From positions 1,178,001 through 1,242,000 of the forward strand of contig LSRY02000002.1 of NCBI GenBank assembly GCA_001643675.2: DNA of 64,000 bases, given 5' to 3'. The notes beneath the pieces were generated by a model. The model worked only from the letters and a program-made list of their open reading frames with translations. It did no database searches and was not told the origin of the DNA. Source of the DNA: Monocercomonoides exilis PA203 (lineage: Eukaryota > Protista > Preaxostyla). The position numbers were made by a program, and so were the translations under genes. This document shows positions 36,644-48,208 of this stretch, piece after piece (within the stretch, counting starts at the first letter, position 1; each line of letters opens with the position of its first letter).

Positions 36644-37486
36644 TTATGAACTCTTCTTTTTCGCTTTTGATTGTGCTTCCTTTTTGAAAAGCTTTAAGAA
36701 TAAAAATATATAGCATTCAATAAATGAAAGAAAATCTTTCAAACTTTTACTTCTTTTCTCGATCTTTGTTGTTTCGCCTTCTCGATTCGTTCCTGTGCAT
36801 ACGCTACACTTTTTTTAATATCAGTTGAACGGTCTCTCAAAAGCGCCTCACGTTCAGCACGATTAACAGCTGTTACCATGTTTTTCAAAGAAGAGCAAAT
36901 GAATCAAATATTTAAAATTTTCAAACCAATTCTTTCTGTGAGATGGTGCCATTTGAACTTTGGGAGGTACTTAATGTTCCACAAATCTTGAGCATAGAAT
37001 CTCTTTTTTCCTCCTGAAAAATTATTACAAAAACTTGAAAGATTTTCAAATTCAAAAGTATTTTCCATACCAATTGGAGTATTATTAAGTGAAAGGGCAA
37101 CGAGTTTTGCAATGCGTTTGTCCATAAACTCAACCCAGCCATCTATGTACTTTGTCTTTCTATTTCCTCCACTTTTTATTCTCTTTTTCCGAGATTCGAC
37201 TGTTTCTGGATTCAAATATATTCGGCCAACTTCACCATGCTCAGACATAAGGTATCTGAGCTTCTCGACTTTCATAAACATGGGAACACGAGAAATATAA
37301 ATTATTCCATGCTTTTCTTCCTCTATAATATTTATAACATTTTTTAACGAAGTGAAATAAATTAAAAACATAATTTAAAAATAGCATGCCAGCATTAAGT
37401 CTCTCTGCTTTTCTACGAATTTTTTGTGCAATGTCCTTCGCTTTTTGTGGTTTTTTCTTTTGTTCTTTATCTTTATTTTCTTCCAT
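36644..37486 (-). CDS. ESF2: Pre-rRNA processing protein Esf2/ABT1 (RRM)
   Basis: GIIYISRVP, GEVGRIYL, GWVEFMDKRIAKLVALSLNNTPIG|GKKRFYAQDLWNIKYLPKFKWHHLTE. The start is uncertain. Confidence 0.93.
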
Positions 37487-37748
37487 TGGAAAAATAATCA
37501 ATATCTAATTCTGATCTATACCATTACATTATTTACATTTTAGTCATTGATCATTCATTATCTCAAAAACGCTTAGCAAACAAAACAATCTCAAAGATGT
37601 GTAATGACATCGTCTTTTTCAAAGCCATTTTCGCTCAAAAATAAAAATTTAACGAAGAATTGACGTGATATTTATTATTTTTTATGCAATTATGTAAATG
37701 AGTGAAATGTTTATTTACACACTGCATGGTGAAATGAAAGTTAATTGT

Positions 37749-39556
37749 TTATTCCTCCTTTTTTTCACTTGAACCAGCTTTATCTTCTTTTTCATCTCCT
37801 TCACTTTCTTCATCATCGCTTCCAACAACTTTTGCCATGTCTTCAATATCAAAGTTATCCGTTTCGCTTTCTTCATCACCTTCACCATAATCTTCTTCGC
37901 TATCATCTTCAGCTTCATTATCATTATCATCATAATCTTCGTCATCAGATTCTTCATCACCGTCATTTTCTCCTTCATCCTTGTCGTGTTTCCTTAACGA
38001 TAATTCTTTCACTGCTTTTAATTGACGCTTTGCAGGAGCAATATCTTCATCGTTTCCGTCTTCATCTTCATCATCTTCATCATCAAAACTATCTGAAGCA
38101 TCGTCTAATTCTTCATCTTCTTCATTTTGGCTGTCATCCTCTTCTTTCCCTGCTTCTTCATTAGCACCTTCACTCAACTCTTTCTGAGCTTTCTTCGCAA
38201 TTTCTACAAATAACATATAAATCAACAAGATGAAAATAAAGTATTATAAAACATTAAAAAATGAAGAAATTAATATACAATCAAATTTATTATTTCAAAA
38301 ATCAAGTACAATTAAAAATAATCACCCAAAAATTATTCAAAGAAATATATTTCATTTCATTAATAATTGAAATATCCTCATTCATCAAAAATATTTTGGC
38401 TTGTCGCACTCAAACAAACCGTTTGCCTTTCTCAATGCTTTGTTTTTCTTCACTTTGTCTTCAAGTTTTTTCAGATCTTGTTTTTGTATGTGAACTCTTC
38501 CTTCAATCAACCCTGGAATAATTCCCTTTTTGATGTTCTTCCGAAGTGTTTTGTGTGTCTTCACCTGAGCAAAAGAGGCTTTTATCAGCTCGTTCGAGCC
38601 ACGATATGTTCGTTGTATGGTGAAAATGGCAGATGGTCCAATTTCTGTTAGAGAAATGTTAGGAACCTGGAAAATTATTCGAAAATTTTTCGAATTCGAA
38701 TTTTTATCAACAGAAAAATTAATTTTTCTTGTAATGAGGTAACGAATGAACAAACCTTTTGTGCTTCCATGTCATTTGCCATAGTTGCAGTGCTTTCCAT
38801 AGCATAAGTTCTCAAAACCAATTTTTGAGGTGATCCGTCTTTAACTCCGGGTACAGCAAAAAATGACATGACAACGTTTGATGTTGATAAGCATATTTCA
38901 GGAGTTACTGGACCTCTGAAGAAATCTGTAGAACAAAATGTCTCGATGAAATATTACGAAACTTTTAAAATTACAGACCAAGTAATATTGATTGAGCTGC
39001 TGAAAAAACAGGATTGCTCTCGAATAAATCACCACAAAATTGCATGTATGGTCTACCACCTGGTTGAACTGGAGTTTTGACCTTCTAAAAAACACAATAA
39101 AGAAAAATTTTTCAAAGATTTTCAAAAAATTTAGCAAACATCAGCAAATTCCATCATTGGCGAATAACTTAATATTGATAATTCGACCATTTCAGTGACT
39201 TGATATGAAAACATTCTTCCAAAGATAACAGACATTGGACGCTTTTTCAACGATTGTCCAAATAAAAATAATGAAGAATCGACTTTTTTTGCGAATAATT
39301 GCAGCTGCTCCATTCCATCTTGTTCAAATGGACTTATATCATGATTTCTACTATAGGAAATGCAATAAGGACGCTTCAATACTGCTATATCCTTCAAAAA
39401 TTCCTTAACTGCTGGATTTGTTTTTCCTCCAGATATAATGAGTGGTGTCTTTAATTTCTCTTCTAAAACAGGCATTCGTTCTTGGAGTTTCCTCCTTGAA
39501 CGGGGGTCCTTTGTCCTTTTTATTTGCTTATAAAGATCTTGGAATTCTTTTTCCAT
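37749..39556 (-). CDS. RPF2: Ribosome biogenesis protein Rpf2 (Brix domain) with acidic tail
   Basis: RSRRKLQERMPVLEE, ISPFE, KVDSSLFLFGQSLKKRP..IFGRMFSYQVTEMVEL and LTEIGPS. Confidence 0.92.
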
Positions 39557-39649
39557 CTCAAAAAAAGACTAATTCCGTTTTTCGACTAAATAATTGATCA
39601 CAGATCAAAAATTGTTGATAAAACAATTCTTTTAATTGGGATTAATTTA

Positions 39650-42128
39650 TTATTTTGTATGTTTAAAATCATCAAGTGGTAATGACATAGCCATAGGATG
39701 ACTTCTAAGAATTGCAGAAATATCATCACAGCATTCGCAGCAAACGTGATCTTGTTCCTTCACTTTCTCTAGTTCTTCAATCTGAAATTTTTATTTTTGA
39801 TAGAAATTTTTGAAAAAATATTATAACAACAATAAAGAAAAGTCAAACTCTCTTTTTCCAGTCATCTTGCCAATCGATGCCTTGCCTATATTTAACCATC
39901 AAAATTTGCGACATAACTGAAATAGCAATTTCTCCAGGTGCACTTCCTCCTGTTCTCAGACCGATGGGAGCAAAAAGAGAGTTCAGCAAAGAATATGAAA
40001 TTCCCTCGCTCATCAGACGGCGATATGTGTTTGTGCATTTTGCAATGCTTCCAATCATACCTTTTTTTTGATAGTCATAATGAATATTTGTGAAGCAATA
40101 AATAAGCATATAGAGAAAAAACAAAATTAAAGAAAAGAAAAAGAAAAAGAAAAATCTTCAAACCAATGTATTTTGGTCTCAATGGCAATGCATGTTTGAC
40201 TACATCGTAATCAAATGAATGTCCTCTTGTCATGGCAACGATGAATGTTTCTGTGTCAATGACAATCGTTGGAAGATCCCTTTTGATATTTTAAATAGAT
40301 ATGATAAAAGAAGGTTAACGTTCAATGAAAATTAGAAATAAGAAAGATAACAAATATTCGTTCATTTTAAGAAATGAGACAAGAATGTTTGTTTTTATCA
40401 GTTTGTTCAATAAATAAAGGAAAATTGTGAATGAAAAAGAAGAAGAAGAAGAATAGCAACACACTTTTTGAAGTCGATGACTCTACAAGAATCAGCTTCT
40501 GGAAATCGCTCTTTGTTGCAGAATTCTTCTCTGTCATCAAAGACAGAAACGCAAAATCCTGCTATCTTTGCAACTTGATACACTTGAAATAGGAAAGTGA
40601 TGTTTCAAATTTTATTGAATCGTCGAAAAAATTCAATGAAAACATAAATGAAATTAGAAAATTTGAAAGAACAAATGCATTTCAATTGAAAATGATTGCA
40701 AAATAAACAGAAATAAATAGCACAAACTTGCATGTCCACAATGGCCACCTCCAAAAATAAGCAGCCTGGGCAGTGGAAACACAGAATTGACAAAGATAAA
40801 TGGAGCAAAATGGACAAGTTGCGAATCTGATGGAGACTGAGAGGAAGAAGGTGAAGAAGGAGAAGACGATGGCGAAGCAGAAGAAGAAGGAGAAGACGAA
40901 GACGAGGCTTCTGTTGTGTTAAAAGTGATGTGGTCAAAAGAAGATGGATCAGACGGAGGAACAGGCGGTGGGGGAGCTCCAAATGTGGAAGGACAACAAG
41001 ACGAAGGCGGTACCAAAAGCGAAGCCAAACTGCCTTTTCCTCCTTTTTTTGGGGTTTCTGCACATTCGTGCGTGGTTGATGATACAAGCACTGATACAGC
41101 TATATCTCCGAAAAGATCATCGTTGAAATGGTCTGCTAAGCAGGATTCCATGACGGCATCAAGTGGAATCAAACCTTCCGAAGATGGCAGCGTTGATGAA
41201 GAGGGAACTTGAGAAGAAGAAGAAGAAGTTTGACAGCATTTCCATTTTCCAAGTGAGCCAATAGAATGAACCAGCTTCGCTGGATTATGTGAAGAAGACT
41301 CTGGATCATTATCTCTTCCAAACACTGTTGTTAAACGTTCCACAGTAACTGGAATTGGTCTTGCATAGTAGCTTCCATCAGAATCAGCTAGTGCACTGAT
41401 TAACGAGTCCACATTTTTTTCGCTGATTCAACAGTAAGAGATGCAATAAACATCATTACAACGATTTCCAAGTTTAAAAAAATTATAATAATTAAGTATT
41501 GTCAAAAAAAGAAACCATTGGGTTATTTTCATCGTTTCGAAGCAATGTCGTAATTGTTTTTTTCCTTGCTCTTCCTTTGCTTCTGTTTCATATGTTCCTG
41601 TCAATTGTTGAACCATAAGCTGTACTGAATTAAGAATTGTTGCCGTTTCAAGTTTGTGTTGTTCGCATCTTTCTGATGATTCAAAAAGAGAAGGATCAGT
41701 TGTTGGAAGTAATGGTTCGATAAGCAATGTTGCTTTTCCTCCACAAATCATTCCAAGATTGTTCGCTTTATTATTTGTAAGAGCAATTGTCTGAAGGATT
41801 GGAAAGTCTGTTTAATGATAATACTTTTTGAAATTTAAAAAAGAAAAAAATAAATACCTATCTTTTTTTCAATGATTTTTTTGCATGTAGAAACAATATA
41901 TCCTTCAAGTGCTCCTCCTCCTACAGTTCCTGCAATTCTTCCATTAATGTCGCAAAGCATTCTTCCGTGCTTTGGTGTTGGTAATGAACCGCCCACTTTA
42001 ACTGAAATTTTTTTGAAAACAATGTTTTAAAACCATGATTCTCGCATAGTAATTTTCAAACCAGGAGTGACAATGCAAAAGTGCTTTCCAAAACATCCGG
42101 AAATCGTTCTAATTGTTTCGGTATCCAT
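39650..42128 (-). CDS. xdhC: XdhC/CoxI-family molybdenum-cofactor insertion chaperone, multi-exon
   Basis: GSLPTPKHGRML...AGTVGGGALEG, LGMICGGKATLLIEPL, PRLLIFGGGHCGHA, VFDDREEFCNKERFPEA, IVAMTRGHSFD, KYIGMIGS and APIGLRTGGSAPGEIAISVMSQI give both XdhC_CoxI and XdhC_C motifs in order, across several GT-AG introns. Confidence 0.92.
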
Positions 42129-42274
42129 GAATTTGAACGAATTTTTATTCGTAAGCCCAAAATAATATTTAAAAAATTGTGAAATTTTTAAAACTAAAAA
42201 ATAATTGAGAAAATGAAGATGGAATTGAAATGTTACAAAATTAATAATACAATAAAATTATGTGATTTATTTTT

Positions 42275-45200
42275 TCAGTCTGAATAATCACCAAAACGAT
42301 GAGCCAAGGATTGTTTGCTAAAGAATAAAGATAACAATTAAATCAAACATCAAAATATCAAATAAAACAAACTTTTGTTCTTCAATGTCTTGAATCATTG
42401 CATTCAGCGCGATTTCGTATTTCCTCCTTATGAGGTCTCTCTTCAGCTTTCCGGATACCGCCAAAAACCCATTGTATGTGTCCCATTGTTCTTCCTGCGC
42501 AATAACGATGTTGCGAATAGCCTCAAAATGCCTCAAGTCTTGCGGGTTTTGCTCGTGAAAACGGGCGAGGTCGTTCAGGACGAGGCGCTGGATGAGTGGA
42601 GAATGTGAAAGGAGGAGCAGCTGCTGCGGGTGGAAGTGAGGTGGCTGGGGTGGGGTGACTGGGGTGGTGGAGGATGGGTGGAGAAGAGGCGAATGGGGGA
42701 ATAAGGAAGGTGAGGTTGAGGGAGATGAAGAAGAGGAAGAGGAAGAAGATGGAGAAAGTGTTTTGAAAGACGAGCGAGGGCTCATTGAAGCGCTTGGGGT
42801 GCGAGGAGAAGATAATAAAGTTGGGCTGTTATCACCAAAAGAAGACAGAGAAGAAGAGGAAGATGAAGAAGAAGAAGAAGAAGTGAAACCCGGAGAATTA
42901 GAGTTCGGAGAATTAATGTGTGTTGTTATGGATCCTATTTTGGCTCCAGTGGCAGACGATGTGCTGAGCCCGCCAAATGAGAATGTTGGGGCGTTTGTTC
43001 GCTGAGTTGCGGGCTTTTTTGCGGCCGCCTTCGTTTTGTCAGCATTTGCTTTGTCTGAAGAATCATATGAAGTGTTTAGTGATTCTTTTCCTTCTCTTTT
43101 TCCTTCTCCTTCTTGTTCTTTTGATTCATCATCATGTTGTTGTTGCTGCTGCTGCTGCTGTAATTGCAATTGTTGCTGTTGTTCAGATGCCTTCTCAAAG
43201 GCAATCATCTGCTCGTGCCATTCAGTCAGACGCTGCAGATAGTTGTCGACAATCGGAGCAATGTCTGATAGAAAATCAATAAATAAATAATTTTATTTAA
43301 AAAAAATTTAAAATAAAGAAAGGAAGAGAATAAAGAAAAATGCATTGCCAATTATTTATTTTTTTTTTTTTTGAAGTTTAAGAAGAATAAGGAGAGGAAA
43401 ATGCATAATGAAAGTTTTTGAGTTCAAAAGAACACAAGAAACTCTTAAAAATAATAATGGTGATATCAACAGCCATGTTCAGCTCATTCATATTCTTTCT
43501 TCTTTTCTCTTTCTTCCCTTTCCCATTTTCTCCCTTTTCTCCTTTTCTCCTTTTCTCCTTTTCCCTTTTCCCTTTTTTCCCTTTCCCCTTTTTTCCCCTC
43601 TTTTCCCCCTCTTTTCACATACCCCACCCTACACATCGAGGTGCAATGCGTGTCATGATGTTTTCCCAGTCGAGTGTCACGACTGCAACCAGAAATGAAG
43701 ACGTGCGTGGGCCATACACCATTATCTGATTGACGCTCTCACATCGACTGTATGCTCTATTGGGAGAAAAAAATAAAATAAAATAAAATAAAATAAAATA
43801 AAATAAATAAATAAATGAGATAAATTGTATAAAATATGCATATGAACACATGCATATATATGAAAAAGTAAATAGAATGAGAATTAATTATAAAGAAATA
43901 TTAAAAAAATAATAAAATAATGCAATTCAAAAAGTTTTTTCAGTTTATATTCAAATACAGACAAAACTCAACACCAGCAAATTCTTTCTCTTTCTCTTTC
44001 TCTTTCTCTCTCTCTCTCTTTTTTTTTTTTTTTTTTACTTTTTTTTTTTTTTTTTTTTGTCCCTCCTCCAATATTCATACTCTTCCAATCGTTCTGCACA
44101 CACAAACTCGCCCTGTGCCAGTTTGAATATGTTCTTCCTTCTGTCGATGATGCGGAGAGAGAATGGGATACCCGGATACATTCCCTGTGGTGAGGCAGCA
44201 GAAAGAGGAGGAGAAAAGGAGAGAGAAGAAGAGGAAGCAGAAGAGGAAGAAGAGGTGGAAGAAGAAGAGGTGGATGAGGTGGATGGAGAAGACATGGATG
44301 GAGATGAATATGAAGAAGAAGAAGAAGATGATGATGATGATGATGATGAAAAGTGTGTGGGTGGAGAAGAAGACTGACAAAAACGAACGTGTGGTTGTGA
44401 ATGAGACAAAGAATATGAAGGGAAAAGAGAAGAGCCAGAGGTGTTTTCATTTGAATTTGGGGAAGAGGAAGAAGAAGAAGCAAAATGAGGTGAAGTGGAG
44501 GAAGGAGAAGGAGAAGAAGAATGAGAAGAGGAAGGGGAAGTGGAAGAGGAAGAAGCAGAACACGAAGCGAATGGTAAAGATTGAGCGTCAGATGTTGGAG
44601 AAAGAGTAAATGAACTGCTTTGAGGTGGAGTGGATGTGGTGTCGAAGGCAGATGATGGTGAAGTGGAGGAGGAAGAAGAGGAAGAAGAGGAAGAAGAAGA
44701 GGAAGAAGAAGAGGAAGAAGAAGATGATGATGATGCTAACATTGAAAAAGAAGGAGAAGAAGAAGGAGAGGAAGAAGAAGGAGATGATGATGATGATGAT
44801 GATCCATTATTCTTCTCTCCTTCTTTCTCTTCCTTTGAAAATGAAGCCAGTGAAGGTAGATCAAAAGATTTCACTGCATTATCGCTCTTCCCTTCATACC
44901 CTCCTTCTCTTTCCCTCTCCCTCTCCTTCTCCTTCTCCTCCTCTCCTCCTTCTCTTTCTCTTTCTCTTTCCTCTCCTCCCTCTCCTTCCTCTCCTTCCTC
45001 TCCAAACGCCTCCTTATCCTCCTCCTTATACCCAGCCGGTATCCACATCCCCACGTCCCCCGTGCGAAACCAGCCATCGTTCGTCAGCACTTCCCTCGTG
45101 TGTTCTTCGTCTTTGTAATATCCGCTGAACAGACTTCTGCCACGAAGAAGCACTTCACCGCGGGGGTGGGGCACATCGGAGACGGAATAGTCCATGGCGG

Positions 45201-45996
45201 GGATGTCGGCGAGGCAGACTTCCATTCCTGAGCGAATGAAAGAGAAGAAGAGGAGGAAGAAGAAGAAGAAGAAGAAGAAAGAAGAAGTAAATGAGAAGGA
45301 AGTGAAGATGTTTATTTTAAAAGAAAAAGAGAAAGAAAGAACATTTAAAAAACACATTCAGTTTCAAAGAAAAAGCAGGCACATCATTCAAATTAAATTC
45401 GTGCTCTTCTTAAAAAATTGTTGTTATCATAAGCATAAACATTAACATCCAATCGCACACACATACATGCATATTCACATTCACACACACACAAACACAA
45501 ACACAAACCTTTCAGTGGAATCCCCACATTCCCTCCATCGTATCTGTTCCAGAGTGTCGTCGAGGCAGCTCCAGCCGTCTCTGTTGTGCCATACGCCTCG
45601 ATCATCGGCGCATCCAGTGCGAGCGACATGAATTCCCCCAGGTGTGCCGGCAGAGGTGCGGTTGAGCAGACAAGCAGACGGACATGGCCACCAAAGTTCT
45701 GCTTGATGCTGTTGAAGATCAAGCGGTCGTACCAGGGCAGCGCAGAGGGCTGGAGGTGGGAAGGGACGGGGGATGGAGGGGAGGTGCGATGGGCAGCTGT
45801 TGAAGAAGAGGAGAAAGTGGGAGGGTGGAAAGAGGATGTGTAGTTGTGAATGAGGGAAAGAAAGAGAGAGAGAAATTTTATATATGGAGCAAGGAAAATG
45901 AATAAAGAGTTATGAAATGGAAATAAAAAAGAAAATAAATGAAGGGGAAAATAATAATGTTGCATTGTTTAGAAAAAAAAAAAAAAAAAAAAAAAA

Positions 45997-46071
<75 letters not shown>

Positions 46072-48141
46072 AATAAAATAAAATAAAATAAAATAAAATA
46101 AAATAAATCATTTTCCTCTTAACAACGAAATTTCCTTCAAATATATTTCACCCACCTTTTTTAGCAGCGTATGCCTGGTTGAAAATCCACCGCTTGAAAA
46201 ACCAGCTTGTAGTGATTTGCTGGTTGATGCGGGCACACGTCTTGGAGAACACACGAGGAACACCTGAAAAAAGAGGAAGATATGTGGGAACAAATACAAA
46301 AATAGCATATTTCAGCAAAAAAATATAATAAATATTATAAATAATTAAGAATAATGATTATTAGTATTATTATTCGCTATTCACTCATTTATTTTCTTCA
46401 TAAAGACAAAAAACAGAAAAAAATATTTTTTCATTCAATTTCTCAATCTCCTCTTCCTCCTCTTCCTCCTCTTCCTCCTCCTCCTCCTCTCACACCGCAA
46501 ATGATCGTCGGCTTCAGCTCCACAATATCGCTGCTCAGATGAGCTAAGTCACCCGAATAGAAGCCAATAGATGCACCAATACACTGCAGTGCTATGTGAA
46601 TGACTCTCTCCATTATGTGAGAGAGGGGAAGAAAAGACAAGTAAACATCTCTTTCGATGGATGCTGAGGCAACCAGCGGAATGGAAGGAGAAGAAGCTGT
46701 CACGGGAGAGCAGGAAAGAGGTGGGAATGACGTGTCTTCTTTGGAGGATTCTGAAGAAGAAGAATTAGAAGAAGGAGAAGGAGAAGGAGAAGGCAGATCT
46801 GCTCTGTTGCAGCTGGGGAGGAAAGAAGAGGCGCTTGCATCTGAAGCCATCAGATATGCTGCTTCTTCTGCATTGGGGAGTCGAGGCCATGTTGAAGGCG
46901 CAGACTGAGAAGAAGCGCTTTGTGCAGACTGGGCGCTGAGGGAAAAGGGACTTGTGAACATTCCTGAAGCTGAGGTATTATTTTTAAAAAAAAATTACAT
47001 TTGAGGAGGAGGGGGGGGGGGGGATAAAAAAAAGACGGAAAAAATAAATAAAACATTTAAAGAAGGAGAAGATATTTTTAAATTCAAAAAAAAAAATTAA
47101 CCAAAAAATTATGAAAAAAACAGTCTCCAAACCAGTTGGATGTGATGATGATGCTTCGATTTGTACGTCGTGGCGCCGCGGGACAGGAGGAGGTATTCTT
47201 TGAAGGAGCATTGCAGCTGAATGGATAAGAGCAGAGTGAGTTAGGATACACCCCTTTGGCACTCCTGTGCTTCCGGATGTGTACATAATCGTTGCTGGAT
47301 CAAAGGGAGATGCAACTGTCCCGGGATGCGGATGCGTTCTTCCAATTTCGATGATTTCAGAGAACAAGTGCGTTATTCCATGATAATGACGTTTTCTATA
47401 AAAAAATCGCGTTAATTTGAAAAAAATGCATTTTGTATTGTCAATGACTTTCAAAATATTTCAAACCTTCCAGAATAACTAATTAGTATAACAATTTGCA
47501 GCTTTGGAACTGTTCCAGTTTTTATCACATCGGAAACAAATCTCAATTTTTCTTCTGAGCATACAATCGCTTTAATGTCAGAATGACGAACAATAAATTG
47601 GTTGTCTGCGATGAGGCCTGCATCATGAATTGGAACTGAAACAAAATTCTGTCTTGCGCATGCAAGGTCCGTTATTCTCCATTCTGGACAATTTTTGGCT
47701 GCAATTCCGACCTTTTGATAGATGATTAAAAAAGAAGAAGAAAAGACGACCAAAAATAAATAAAGTCAAAAAATTCTTTTGTTTTTAATAAGAAAAGTTT
47801 TTCAAACATGATCATGAGGCTTTAATCCGATGGCTGCCAGACCAGAGCCAATGTACGAAACAAGTTCGGAAACAGCTCCATATGTTAACCATTGAAAGGC
47901 ACCCTTTTGTTTTGAACAAATTTTTAAAAATAAATAAATAAAAATTATAAAATACTCTGCTTTTTGGTATATGTGCATTTTGCCTCTGACCAAAACAGTT
48001 CATATCTCTAAATGAAAGCGCGCAAGTTTGAAAAAGTGAGTGAAGATTGTATCCAGCTGGATTGAGTATTTCTGTAAATTTATTTTCTAATTTTTCATTA
48101 TTTTTTTGTGAATTCTCAGCAGATAATGTGGAAATACTCAT
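42275..48141 (-). CDS. Long-chain fatty acyl-CoA synthetase with large low-complexity insertions, many exons
   Basis: IMYTSGSTGVPKG, YLSFLPLSHIMER, EAYGTTE, PRGEVLLRG..LFSGYYKD, GWFRTGDVG, IIDRRKNIFKLAQGEFV and SGKLKR. Confidence 0.95.
45973..46107 (+). repeat. Compound A-run/(TAAA)n/(TAAAA)n microsatellite in an intron
   Basis: Directly visible tandem units. Similar tracts occur at about 43770-43815 and 60190-60235. Confidence 0.9.
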
Positions 48142-48208
48142 TCTTCAAAATTAGATATTAGAATGGTTAAAGATCGAAAGATCGCAAGAAAACAATTTCG
48201 GAGAAAAA

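Noticed and set aside
42655-45445. Plus-strand poly-Glu/Lys/His ORFs, also at 37745-38164 and 60356-60676
   Set aside because: They are antisense or alternative-frame shadows of low-complexity coding repeats in minus-strand genes.
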